Part shown: one piece after another, positions 52,140 through 64,000 of the stretch | Layout: the number at the start of each line of letters is the position of its first letter | Numbering within the stretch: the first letter of the stretch is position 1 | DNA from: Schmidtea polychroa | Lineage: Eukaryota | Assembly (NCBI GenBank): GCA_044892525.1 | Contig: CM097885.1 | Coordinates: 1,860,001 to 1,924,000 of the forward strand | Reading direction: 5' to 3' | DNA length: 64,000 nucleotides | Made by a program: the position numbers and the translations under genes | The notes under the pieces: generated by a model | Databases searched by the model: none | Seen by the model: the letters and a program-made list of their open reading frames with translations, nothing else | What the model was told of the DNA's origin: nothing

Positions 52140-52904
52140 ATGAATGCCTCAACCAGCTCCGGGAAAACCCTCCGTCCTTGCTTTTCCTGTGCTGATAAAA
52201 ATGCCGATATCGCACAGCTCCACTTATACATCGGGGAACTAAAGAAGAGAATTGACCTCTATGAGGGGACGTGGTTCTCCCCACCACAAATGAAGGAGGA
52301 GAAGAACAAGATTCTACGTTTGGAGCACTGCCGTGACAGTCTCCTGGAAGAGAGCAGGTGCCAGAGGCTAACCATAAAAGCCCAATCAGAGGCGCTGCAC
52401 AAAGTATATTCCGAATCAGAAATAGCGAAGCGAGTTCGCGAGTATCCAATACAAGATGGGACTAACGTGTTCCCAGGGCACCACCAATCAGCTGAAACAC
52501 CATCCACAACTAGTTGCAAGGGGCATGGATTACAATTGCCGCCAATCCCGGCCTCAGTCCTTTCTGGTTACCGGCCTATGCCTGGCGGTCCATCGGACCC
52601 TATCTTGGCTGCAATCCTTGTGTCACCCCTCATTCAGCCTCCAGCAGAAGCCACATTTCCACACCGAAAGCGTAAGCGGCCGACACGCTCAGAGAAAAAT
52701 CAGAAGCGCAGAAACGCCATGGCCGCGCTCGAGGCATCGTTATCTGCAGCCAAATCGACTATCAAGGAAATTACCGTTACCCATTTCATTCCTACAAAAG
52801 AAGTATTCCGGGTAGTTCCAGCCGACAGCATCAAATTCCTCGAAGATCGCCGATTGCCCGTTGACATCGACGAGATGCTCGCAGAAGGAGAAGCATTCCC
52901 GTAG
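52140..52904 (+). CDS. Orphan protein, 254 aa: CxxC, coiled coil, Pro-rich linker, basic NLS-like patch, acidic tail
   Basis: Open 765-nt GC-richer ORF: PCFSCADK, ELKKRID, EHCRDS, HRKRKRP. A diverged paralog lies at 54861-54113. Confidence 0.65.
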   Translation: MNASTSSGKTLRPCFSCADKNADIAQLHLYIGELKKRIDLYEGTWFSPPQMKEEKNKILRLEHCRDSLLEESRCQRLTIKAQSEALHKVYSESEIAKRVREYPIQDGTNVFPGHHQSAETPSTTSCKGHGLQLPPIPASVLSGYRPMPGGPSDPILAAILVSPLIQPPAEATFPHRKRKRPTRSEKNQKRRNAMAALEASLSAAKSTIKEITVTHFIPTKEVFRVVPADSIKFLEDRRLPVDIDEMLAEGEAFP

Positions 52905-54112
52905 TGAATCTTCCCATCGGCCCGGATTCCTATACCTTATGCATGAACTCGAATGATTTGACAATTATTGTGTGCATGTGCTTAAATGTTTCATCATTGT
53001 CCAAATAATATGTACTGTCGTTTATGTTTTTTTTCATTTCAATACAACTGTTCTATTTTCCCTGACTGTGTTAGTTATATGGGTGATTTGCGGTGGTTGA
53101 ATTGAACGAGAAGGGGATCCTGAAGATATAGTATGAGCTTAAATGTCGTCCCTTTGGGCCGGGGCCGGACTGAATCACATGTATAGAATGGGTAAGACCT
53201 CCTAAGGCACCGTAGAACCCGAACCGCGAAAGGGTTAGGAGTAGTCCTAAGGCAGGGGCTCACCTGCTAACCTTTTCCAACCCGTGTGAGCAGCACCAAC
53301 GTGGAACATCGCCACGGGCTCATGCGTGGGAATATGTGAATGATCATGTGGAGTATGTGAGGAAATAGTCTGAGCAGAACGATGTTACTGAATCTGTATG
53401 ATAATCATGTATGTATAAATTTTTTCTTTTTCGCATACGCCAACAATAACAATAAATTGGCAATGATAATAATAATTAAATTTTTATTTTTTTAATAATA
53501 ATAATAGTAGAAAAAAATAGCAGCGACGATATATGTTAATAAATAAATAAAATTACCATATTGTTGTCGCGCTACCCGATTGACACGAAAATTGGTACAC
53601 TGGTCTAAGGGATGATGATTTCTTTCAACACCGTATTCACCGGTTGTCAACCCAAATAGTACGCCAACAGACTGTCTCACATCATGGTACCTTCGAGTTA
53701 TATCGAGTTGGTACTGTACCACGACAACGAAACAGGAGGAAACAGGTGAGCCTTGCCTTAGAATTATTCTTTCATCCTGTCCCGACTCACTACATCCGAC
53801 TGCCGTTAGAAGGACTTACGTCTTAACTTCGTCCGGCTCCTTTCACACCACTTTTTCAGACATTTTCAACACAACCGCACCTGATTAGTAATCAAGGACC
53901 TTCTTTGTCATCACTTTAACTCCTTTCACTTCCCATCTTTACCCATGAATATTAACAAATTTTAGACAACAAAAATATTTACTGATTACGGTAAAACTCA
54001 TTAACACATCATGAAATTTATGACACAAAAAGTGTAGCTTGATCACGAATTACAGGTCAATCGTATATGTATGGTTCAAGAGAGAAGTAGACTACAAGGT
54101 GATCACTCGTGG

Positions 54113-54861
54113 TCATTGTGCAGCAGCTTCGGTGAACAACGCTTCGAGGTCAAAGAACTCGGCGTCATTCTCTTCCAAAGACACTCCTACCGTAGTAATT
54201 ACACGAAATTAGGCCGATGCATTGTTTGATTGTGGCGAAAGCGCGCTGTTGGACACTTGTCGCTCGTCAGGTTGTCGTTGGACCTTCTTCTCGAGCCTCC
54301 TGGCCTTTTGTCGCTTCTTCCACTCAACTCGAGATAACTGCCAGCGTTTTGGCTTTTCCACGGCTCCAAACTTTTTAGGTACTATCGGCTTTTCGACAGA
54401 TTTTGGTTTTACCTGATTAGTACTCGTGATGATTCTTTCAGGAGTAGCTGGCAATAACGCGGATTCTACACACTGTCGACATTTCTTCCTTAGGGTGATT
54501 CCGAGCGAGTTCGACGATCAAGATAAGAGGGAAAAAGATTGTCGGCTTCTCCGATTCGGATGTCTACTATCTTCTTTGTTATTGAGGCCTGTAGGTGGGC
54601 CTTGTAAGAGCTTCATATTGCTCCATTATCAAGACGCGCTGATCATGGCTTTTCTTAATGAAACTATCGCGACAGTGCTCGCTGCGAAATAACTTCTTTT
54701 GTACCTCCTTCATTTGGGTAGGAGAGACCCATGCCCCTTCTAATTGTTCTATTCGTTTTTTTTCACAGGCCAACTTTAATTTGTAGAGTTTAAATAACGC
54801 TGCTTTTGTCAGCACAGGAGAAGCATGGGGCCAGTAAAACTTTAGTTGGTTGTTTAGACAT
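54113..54861 (-). pseudogene. Frameshifted paralog of the 52140-52904 orphan ORF
   Basis: ATG 54861 MSKQ...PCFSCADK (frameshift), KKRIEQLEGAWVSPTQMKE...SEHCRDS, WKKRQKARR, then FRVITTVGVSLEENDAEFFDLEALFTEAAAQ* (compare FRVVPADSIKFLEDRRLPVDIDEMLAEGEAFP*). Confidence 0.75.
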
Positions 54862-57421
54862 TTTTCTAAAAGAAGATAAACGTGGTGAAAGTTTGCCGAA
54901 ATAGTCATGACTTCCTTATGAATATAACACACACAAGAGTTTTGAGATGTCATAAGAAATGACACGTACACCGGGGATCCTCGAATGTAGAATTCTCATT
55001 ACACCAAAATTAATATGTATAGAATAGGAATGAGGAATAAGAAGGACTTTCTCACGATCATAGACGATGCATCAAGACTTTAATTAAATGTCAAATATAT
55101 TTAATATGTATATCTACCATAAATGAATTTGTTTATTTACCAAATAGTGAATTAAACTTCCCAGTTGATGAAATTTCAGGTAATTGAGCTTATTGATATA
55201 AAATAATTGTACTGGTACTGAACGTACTGTCCGACGTGTGATTAGTCGATTATTTTGATGTTATCGTCAATGTGACGGGGTAATTTTTCACATGTGCCGT
55301 TATCTATATGTTACCTACTTTTTCGCATATTCACCACTTTCGTTGATGCCTATCTGTAAATGGTCAGTTGGCTAAGTTCGTCGTCAGTATTTACCGATTA
55401 TGTGTGCTACGAAAATTTGGTGTATTTTACCTAATGGGAAATTCTCGTGGTATTCCGTTCTGGATTTCAGCGATTTTACTCAGAAAACTCATAAAAATTG
55501 TGTTAATCCATCTCCTATCGACTTATGTCACCCTTCTCATTGTGATTTAACTCTCTCATGATCAATTAGTACGAAATTCTGTTCGTCGATGTTCTGTGGT
55601 TGATTTAGTGATGATGTGTTCCTGTGCATGTGATAAATTTTTGAGATTAAATTTCCTAATGTACTGGCTTCCGACATCTCAATCACGACGATACTCCCCT
55701 CGATTTATTTTCGAATGGTTCTTTGGAATGAAATAACACTAAGTGTAAATTTAACAGTTCATTTGTGAAGATGGATCCGATCTGTACATCACTCTATTTC
55801 TTCATCTACCGGTGATAGACCCGAGAGGAAGCCCCCACATTTTGGCCTTTGTGTCAAGTCGAGCGGTTGAAGAGCCCATGGTCCCGCCGATTCAAGCATC
55901 CCAAAGGTACCGTGAATTATAGAACCTCAACTCCGCTGACGATCCTGCATTATCATAAAATATACGAGACGAAAGTATAAATTTTGCATTTGTCATACTA
56001 GAAACCATCATCATTGAACTCCATTACGAGAAGTTACTCAACAACAATTCTTATATTCGTGATTATTATAGGAAATTATTAAATAAATAGTTATTAAATG
56101 CATTGTTGCGATCGAAAAGGAAAAGAAAAGCGTTCATTATTACAATTTAATTCATATTACATTAATACTATTTGATATTTACTAGATTTACTATAACAAC
56201 ATAATAAAAATTTACCGAACTACCAAGTAGTTACGAATAAAATGTTTTCTCGAATGAAGGTCCTGGATTCTAAGGTTGATGATTTCCCGAAAAAAATAAC
56301 TGCAATTCGAATTGATACTGTAATGTGATGCTGTCAACTGTAGAGTGTTTGAAATTAGCAGTGAAATTGTCGTCTCAATCTATTGTTTATATAGTTTTTG
56401 GGTTGGATATGTTGACCAATCACAGCTAAGTTAATTTAATTTTTCTAAGTTATTTTTAATTCAATACTGTTTAGGATGTTATTGGTCGATTTTTCTATTT
56501 TTAATTGATTTTATTTAATTTTTCTCTAATTTTATTTTCCCCGAATTAATTGTTAGTTATTAGTTTTCTATTTTCTCGTTTTACGTTTATTACTTTATTT
56601 TCTATCTGGTCGCTATTTTACTGTTCCTACCTTATTTTTGTTTATTTATTTTTTATTTTTATTTTACCCACTCTTCCACTGCACTTTCCTACATCATTAC
56701 AAAAGGAAATAGGAGTTAAGAAACGATAATATTTCAATCTTCAGCCCAACAATATGTTAACGCGCATGGAAAAATAGTATAAATAGCAACCTAAAATCAA
56801 TAGTGGTCGCCCAAAAATATTTACCACTTACAGTAAACTAAAAAGGGAAAATCCTTATTAGTTTTTAATATCGAACAGGACACAACAGAAACGTTCAAAC
56901 TTCACAACCAACACAACACGCATACATAACATATATCACGTATATAATTTTTTATTCATTTCTCTGAGTCATTTCTCAATGTTTATATAACACACCAGTA
57001 ACTGCTAATTGTAACTCAAATGAGTCTGTTGCTCGTTGCAAAGAAGGAATAGCAAATCAAATAAGTTAAAAATTAATTTTTACATAATTATTTAAATTCT
57101 TTCAACCCCATTTTTGAATGTGAGAAATTTATTTTGAAAACCGGTTTTGAAAAGCCGGCAAACCCCAGTTGATTGGTTGATAATAATAATTCTTTTTACT
57201 TTATCCCAAGTGTGGTGATTTTCCACGGGGAGTTTTTTGTTAAAAATTAAAATTCAAAAAAACGTTTCGTTAAAAATCAAATATTTATAATTAATTCATA
57301 TTAGAATTACAAAAGGTGATTGTTTAAATATTAAGTTATATATTGTGGCGGATTTTAAATATAGCTTTGGTAATTTTATTTTAAATATTTTTGATTTTAC
57401 AATTGTCGTCCGATTATTCGA

Positions 57422-57865
57422 ATGCCATTTGATGTTTTTCAAATGTTCAAACTGAGTTCACAATTTACAATGATTTCATTAATTTTTCTGGCTCTTGAAT
57501 TGGAATCAATGAAGGTGAATTCTCTTTCAGGCAATGAAGGCTTTTATTTGTTATCATATGGTTGTTTAAGCACATCACTGCATCTTGTTATTGTCCAAAC
57601 ATCATTCATGCTGCGCGTATTTCATCCCGTGTGTCCAATTCTTTTCATATTTTGGTTCGCATGCACAATTGCATATTTGATAAGATTCTACAGTGAAATT
57701 TTCGAATATTCTAACAATTCATCAAATTATATGATTGTCATTCGCCTTTCTGGAGAGTTATTATTTATGCTGTTTGTACTGAATCTTGTTAGTGAAGGCT
57801 CTCCTCGTTATGGCGAATTATCAACACCAAGTGCCCTTGAAACTCCTTTGAACACATTCGCATAA
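57422..57865 (+). CDS. Small multi-pass membrane protein (147 aa) resembling the ABCC/MRP TMD0-L0 region
   Basis: 3-4 hydrophobic segments; ILFIFW...LIRFYS...LNLVSEGSPRY recalls MRP1 IMLTFW...AILRS...LSCFSDRSPLF. Similarity is from memory and unverified. Confidence 0.5.
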   Translation: MPFDVFQMFKLSSQFTMISLIFLALELESMKVNSLSGNEGFYLLSYGCLSTSLHLVIVQTSFMLRVFHPVCPILFIFWFACTIAYLIRFYSEIFEYSNNSSNYMIVIRLSGELLFMLFVLNLVSEGSPRYGELSTPSALETPLNTFA

Positions 57866-58114
57866 CACGCATCAGCTGTGACAAGTTAGGAGTACAAACC
57901 AAGCAAAACATATTTCACAATTTTTAAAGTTACATAACACACACACAGATAATAATTGACATTTGACCTCTGACTACTCGCATCCCAATTGTCACAATAC
58001 CAAAATTCGTTGCTCTCCTCAGTTCACCAGAATTTGGGGTGAGGATTAATTGTAAAAGAAAAGAAAAAATGTCTACAAAATGATATTAATTTGGCGCGGA
58101 AATACAAATTATAA

Positions 58115-60338
58115 TCAATACATCGTCCCAGAATGTTCTTGGAACATTACATGTCTATCCTGAGAGGTTCGTTTGTAGCCTTCAACCACTGGATTTAAGG
58201 TTGACAATCTTGTACTGAAGCTCCGAGTCAGCCGTTGATAAGCCTTGGAATCAGAATTAGTAAATGGGGGAGAAATCGCGAGATTCCGTTCTATATTGAT
58301 ATCAGGATCTAATTCCAGAGACCTGTATCTTTGATGTGATGTATGTCTGCGCGCTTTGATCGAATTATCGGATGTCATCTTCCCATGTGAACCAGAATTC
58401 GAATGAACACCACTGTCTTCTTGAGGCAACTCATTGACCAGATAATCAATGTTCTTATATTCTCCTGAACTCGACCTTTCTGTTTTTGAGGAATGAGCAC
58501 TCTTATCTCTTTGTCTGCTATATCTGACCTTTGAATAGCGTTTCCAAATCGACGATGACGACTTGTTTGGAGGGGAGTCATCGTGGATTGCTAATGTGGA
58601 TAGCTTTGAATGAGAGGAGACCGATTTCCGACAAGAATTTGAGGAATTCAAATTTGAAACTGATTGAAGGCTTGAATTCCACAACCATTTTTGATGGTGA
58701 GGATTTGCATCATTACCAAAAGGCTCTTTGTCCAATTCTGAATACCGAGCGGAAAAATCTGCATTTGTAGAAATGAAAACAGGCTGGCTTTTACTATAGG
58801 AATAGTAAGGATATTCTTCTTCATAAAAATTGTTAATGTTTAGCTCTCGTGCCGTTGAGGATGGTGGACGGGATTTATGGGGTCGTGGCTTCAGTTTGGA
58901 AAAGAATTCTTTCACTGCAGATCTTGCTAAATAAAATATAATAACATTTAGTCTTTACTAAATAGTGATAAATATCTTGAAATTTTATTATTATTGATAT
59001 TATTATTTTTATTTATTATTATTATTATTGTTATTACAGGGCATTTCTGTATTATATATTGATATTTCAGAATCTTATCTCAATATTTCAAAATTATATA
59101 TTTTGATGCGAATTTAAAAATGATTAATGATGGAAGAATCAATTATTTTAATTCCAAACACACCTCAACGTAAAACATGAACTCCTGTCAACCTAGAAAA
59201 AATCAATACAATAAATCGACTTAAGCAATCAGGTCAATGCACAAAATTTATCGCCGAAGCATTAAATCTAAATAAATTAACAGTTACTAAATTATTGAAT
59301 AAAATCCACTACTGTAACGAAGAAAATCGAGAACTAAATACTATTCTTAACCTACTGATTTAGATTCGCCTGTGAATATGGCTCTGACTGAAATAATACA
59401 AGCAAATTCTACCCTCACCCAGAAGGGAATGCAACAAAAGTTGGGAGATTTAGGAATAACTGCATCTACACCTAAAATCTCAAAATGTTTCAAAAGATTA
59501 TCAATAACAAGAAAACGAATAAAAGAAATCATCACGAACGGTTTCTACTGATGTGATTAACCAATGAAAAGTATATTCAAGAGAAATGCGACTTATTCCC
59601 AATTCAAGATTTTTTTTTAGACGAGAGTGGATTTAATCTCTACACAGGTGCTCATTATGGATACTCACTTATCAATGTTGACGCTTTACAAATGGTTCCA
59701 TCACACAGAGGTAGGAATGTCAGTTTAATAGCATCATTATCAGTTAACAACATTAATGCATACAAATTAATCAATGGGGCATATAATACCACTAAACTAC
59801 AAGAATTTTTAAATGAAGCCTTTTTGAGTGAGAATATTAAAGCCAACGATATTCTAATAATGGATAATGTACGCCTTGTTCATAGTGATGATGTTAAAGA
59901 TTGGTGTAGAGAAAATGGAATCATTGTTAAGTACCTACCCCCATATAGTTCAGATTTAAATCCGAGCGAAAATATTTTTTCGACGATAAAGGCGCGGTAT
60001 TCAGCCATACGACCGATATCAATGACAAACGAAGAGCTAAAACAAAATGTTGCTATTGCTATTGAGTCGATGAACAATGGTCCTGATATGGTGTATGAAC
60101 TATATTTTGAACGAATGCGCGAGTTCTTAGGAATGGCTTTCAACGGGGAATATTCCTGATTAAGTAGTACATTTTATTATTTTCTATATACATTGTACCA
60201 CATTTTATAAATATTCATTGTTTATTTTAGTTTACAATTTGAATTATTCTTCTTCAAGCTTTTTAAAATAAAAAAAACTTTATTGTCTTAATAAATAAAT
60301 AATCACAACATATAATTCTGAAATATTGAGATAAGATT

Positions 60339-60397
<59 letters not shown>

Positions 60398-62879
60398 CCT
60401 TATATATGGATTGTATACATTGATTGTATATATGGATTATTTATATGGATTGTTTGCTGTTAAATTAAATAATTATTAAATGCCATTTTTTATTAATTGC
60501 TACAATTTAAAAAATGATTTTAATAATTTTTGAGCATAAAATATTTTTATAAAAATTTATTATAATTAATATAATTAATAAATTTATTCAAAAATCTATA
60601 AATTATATAGTTATTCTATCCTACATGATGATGACAGGAAAACTGTCGAAATATATCTTAAAACGAATGTTTGAGTGGCGCTTTATTATAATTAAATCGT
60701 TGACATGTATGTNNNNNNNNNNNNNNNNNNNNNNNNNNNNNNNNNNNNNNNNNNNNNNNNNNNNNNNNNNNNNNNNNNNNNNNNNNNNNNNNNNNNNNNN
60801 NNNNNNNNNNNNNNNNNNNNNNNNNNNNNNNNNNNNNNNNNNNNNNNNNNNNNNNNNNNNNNNNNNNNNNCATTTTAAAATGCCATCTAAATCCTAGTGG
60901 AACATCCTCAATAAACAGACATCTCCAACAATGTCAACCAACAGAGGAAAGAAAAAATATTTCAATAGAAATCATAGCTAATGGAAACATCCAAAAGAAA
61001 AATGTCAGATTCAAAGAAGCAATTCTCATCATAAACAGACAGCCAAAAATTAACACTAAAGAAGAAATCAATGAAATCATGAATTTGATCTGTTGTTATT
61101 GACCTTGAGAATAACTGACAATATATAAAAAATATCATAAATTAAAAAGTAATAATTAAAATAATATGGAAACATTTTAGGAAATATACTTTCAAAAGAG
61201 GATTTAAACATCAAAATTGACACATTTATTGAAATATTTGAATAGCGTATATAAAAAGTTATTGGAGGCTTTATTTTAAAATATTTTATTAGGCTTCTAG
61301 AAGCTAATTATAGAAGCTTTATAAAAAATTTTTAGTTTGTGTCATTTTGGAATTTTAAATGGTATTTATTTTATTTTTAATTTTAATTTTTAATAAAATT
61401 TTAAATAATTTTAATAAAAAAATTAAAAAAATTCATAAAACGAAAGTATATATTATATTTACAACCAATGAGAATTAAGAAAAATGAAATAAAAGAAAGA
61501 TAGAAAGGTATTTTGGGGAAGAAGAACATTGCTAAATTCCAGGAGATTGACAAGGACTATCTTATAGTCGAATGTTTTTTCATTAAATACATTATTTGCA
61601 GCAAAAGGCTTAAATTATCATTTTATTGTTTTAAATAATAAATGCTGCTACCAAGNNNNNNNNNNNNNNNNNNNNNNNNNNNNNNNNNNNNNNNNNNNNN
61701 NNNNNNNNNNNNNNNNNNNNNNNNNNNNNNNNNNNNNNNNNNNNNNNNNNNNNNNNNNNNNNNNNNNNNNNNNNNNNNNNNNNNNNNNNNNNNNNNNNNN
61801 NNNNNNNNNNNNNNNNNNNNNNNNNNNNNNNNNNNNNNNNNNNNNNNNNNNNNNNNNNNNNNNNNNNNNNNNNNNNNNNNNNNNNNNNNNNNNNNNNNNN
61901 NNNNNNNNNNAGAATATCTCACTTTTGATAGCCTTGCTGTTGTCTGTGGGCCCAAAATAGGGGGGCATACTTGATGCCAAATGAAATGAATTAGCCTTAT
62001 CAATAGGATTATATGGCATCCTCATTGTTTCCTTTCTATCACAATCGAATTTATTAGTTTTGGAATTGGCCCGTGAATCGGTCAAATCTTCCTCCGAGAG
62101 CTCAGACGTAGAGTTTCTATCTTCTGACAACCCAATGGTGTTATCTGGTCTGTCTGGGTCCTGTTGACCGAGCCAATGAGCAACTGTCTGTTTATCACTA
62201 GTCATAATGTTGTATCCATAACCTGTATATATATATATATATATCAATGCATTAAACCCTCAAATATATGATTGAGCTCGCCCCACCCAATCCTAGGCAA
62301 TATGTATTCAATGCAAATCAAGTGCATGCGATGGTGAATATTGAGAGACAGTATTGAGGCAATAATCACACAGAGAGAGACATATTGATAAGACAGAAAT
62401 TTATTATCAGATCAATTAGCATAGGGAAGCCCCAATCAGATCATATATAGTATACAAGAGGGAGAAATAGAGATGAATCATAGAGAATGAAATGACGAGG
62501 ACAATAATAATTGCTATTAGATATGAATCATGTTCATTTAAGGCAAAGATCTAATTATGGCAATGGGAAATTCTAAACCGCTGCATGCAGGGATAGGAAT
62601 TAGTAATTCTTCACTCCCTAGTTCAGTTGTATGAGGATTCTGACTCACCTGTATAGTAGACTTGATTTGCCTCTAATAAGTTGCGTAGAGTAGCCAATAT
62701 CAGGAATTGGGGTGGCAATTGTAGCGTGGGATACCATTCAGCAAGTCGGGAACAAATCATATCGAATGATGATGTCACACCATTCAGGTTCAGATCATAA
62801 ATGATGTAACATAATGATTCATCTAATGACACAAATTGTGATGGCAAAATGGATTGACATTGGATAGGATTAATATCTC
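58115..62879 (-). CDS. STOX: Storkhead-box winged-helix transcription factor (partial; 5' exon missing, one exon end in a gap)
   Basis: Exon 62879-62649 encodes GDINPIQCQSILPSQFVSLDESLCYIIYDLN...RLAEWYPTLQLP...TLRNLLEANQVYYTG, matching the STOX domain (GDVSPI..SQFIPLGE.LC..IS.MN...KIYHTG). Exon 62222 to the gap at ~61911 continues GYGYNIMT. Ser-rich exon 58926-58115 with a clean acceptor is assigned by position only. Confidence 0.8.
59056..60350 (+). mobile_element. Tc1/IS630-like DD34E DNA transposon (~1.3 kb), transposase 5' part frameshifted, in STOX intron
   Basis: 38-bp TIRs at 59062-59099 and 60310-60347 (1 mismatch), TA-rich flanks. Motifs FLDESGFNL, VPSHRGRNVSLIA, ILIMDNV, YLPPYSSDLNPSENIFS; 34 residues between D and E. 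Confidence 0.9.
60346..60395. repeat. (TA)n microsatellite at the right end of the Tc1-like element
   Basis: About 24 TA units. Confidence 0.95.
60440..60712 (+). mobile_element. Penelope pseudo-LTR of a related subfamily with degenerate hammerhead (60625-60657), cut by gap
   Basis: ATGATGA-T-GACAG(GAAAA)CTGTC-GAA-ATATAT-C, then MFEWRFIIIKSLT|GTATGT, homologous to 12032-12119. Confidence 0.75.
61551..61655 (-). repeat. Copy of the hairpin/MITE-like family at 10500-10663
   Basis: Reverse complement of 10500-10600 with few differences; abuts a gap. Confidence 0.8.
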
Positions 62880-63273
62880 CTGGAATTACAATTATTATAT
62901 CATTATTATTATTATATATAATGGGCCTCTATATAAATAATTAATATTTATTAATANNNNNNNNNNNNNNNNNNNNNNNNNNNNNNNNNNNNNNNNNNNN
63001 NNNNNNNNNNNNNNNNNNNNNNNNNNNNNNNNNNNNNNNNNNNNNNNNNNNNNNNNNNNNNNNNNNNNNNNNNNNNNNNNNNNNNNNNNNNNNNNNNNNN
63101 NNNNNNNNNNNNNTAATATTATTATAAGAACTTTATTTCTTCCAATTACCCAAATAATATTTCCCATTTTTTACATTTTAAATTCTATAATTTAATTTAA
63201 TTTAATTTTTTAATATTTTATTTTGTATATTATATATATATTTTTAATTTCTAATTTTAAATCAAATTAAATA

Positions 63274-63470
63274 TTAATTTAGTTGAAAGTTGATGGACGG
63301 TTTAAGTTTTTTAATATAAAGAGTCTCCGCGGCTAATCTTTGCAATGAATTTTTGAACGCTTCTTGTAACATTTTGCATTTTGTTTCGTGTAAGAGTGGT
63401 GCTGATTTGTGCACTTTTTTCCAGTGTTCGTGATAATTGCTGGTTTTGCTCTTGACGTGTTCTTATAAAA
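63274..63470 (-). mobile_element. Penelope GIY-YIG C-terminal remnant (distinct subfamily)
   Basis: Translates EHVKSKTSNYHEHW...LQRLAAETLYIKKLKPSINFQLN*, matching the EHC..S....EH...[13 protein letters not shown] end of the Penelope ORF; followed by AT-rich pLTR-like tail. Confidence 0.65.
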
Positions 63471-63790
63471 TATTGTGTTTTTTTATAAAATAAAATATTA
63501 AAAATTAAATAAAATTATAAAATTTAAAATCTAAAAAATAGGAAATATTATCTGGGTAATTAAAATAAAATATAAATAAAATATAATTAAACCAATAAGT
63601 TTATAAAATATGAAATAAATTTTTTTTTCCCCAACAATAATGATCAAATTCACTTGAAAAAGGCAGTGCCGAAAATTCGCGAGTATCAAAAACATTGATA
63701 TATTACTGATTTATAGCCTTCAAGCGCAATTTTTTAATAAATTCAATAAAAATAATAATAATAAACAATAATATTAATATTAATATTTGT

Positions 63791-63870
63791 AATACTGGGG
63801 TAATGCTGGGGTAATGCTGGGGTAATGCTGGGGTAATGCTGGGGTAATGCTGGGGTAATGCTGGGGTAAT
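63791..63870. repeat. 11-bp G-rich tandem repeat (AATGCTGGGGT) x7
   Basis: Direct reading; seven GGGG runs. Confidence 0.95.
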
Positions 63871-64000
63871 AGGGGATTCTCACCCCCAAACAGCCATTTC
63901 AATAATATAAGCGATCAATCAATCAATCAATCATTTACATAAATAAAGTGCTGTAAATCCATAGAGAAATCGATAATCAATCCGATCAATTGATCAGGAC

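Larger units (their letters stand above)
49159..52904 (+). other. Cassette A: TGTTGGGCT end, A-rich tract, CCAAT/TATA-like motifs, then orphan ORF
   Basis: Terminus at 49159; gattgg...actatata at ~49660-49685; donor-like ag|gtatgt at ~49891; TTTAG directly before ATG 52140. Mirrored by cassette B. Nature of the element is inferred. Confidence 0.4.

Noticed and set aside
55860-55910. HDV-like ribozyme suggested by CATGGTCCC
   Set aside because: Could not build P1/P2/P3 pairings or the conserved core; a short chance match.
1-64000. tRNA, rRNA or snRNA genes
   Set aside because: No cloverleaf, A/B-box pair or recognisable rRNA/snRNA motif found by eye; an Infernal or tRNAscan run would be needed to exclude them fully.

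Overview
AT-rich, gapped draft sequence from a eukaryote, most likely an invertebrate animal; the species cannot be determined. Most introns are short (41-73 nt GT-AG); the larger ones are inflated by transposons or tandem repeats. Five host genes were reconstructed by hand from splice sites and reading-frame phase. (1) A 12-exon beta2-like soluble guanylyl cyclase (992-17982, +). (2) POLR3B/RPC2 (25034-29486, +, 2 exons). (3) HGSNAT (43718-33048, -, 9 exons). (4) HADH (48712-46312, -, 3 exons). (5) A partial storkhead-box (STOX) gene (62879-58115, -). Mobile DNA includes a near-complete Penelope-like retroelement with an inverted 3' arm and minimal hammerhead ribozymes, further Penelope remnants, a decayed hAT transposon, a DD34E Tc1/IS630-like element and MITE-like hairpins. 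The most unusual feature is a ~7.7 kb satellite in HGSNAT intron 3 built from the end of the coding exon plus its own 5' splice site, giving about 60 tandem donor copies. Also notable are two inverted cassettes with TGTTGGGCT ends that carry paralogs of an unrecognised CxxC/coiled-coil protein, a Trp at the gas-discriminating distal H-NOX position of the cyclase, and a repeated AT-rich-5'/GC-rich-3' gradient within coding sequences. All assignments come from motif recall and manual reading; no searches were run.
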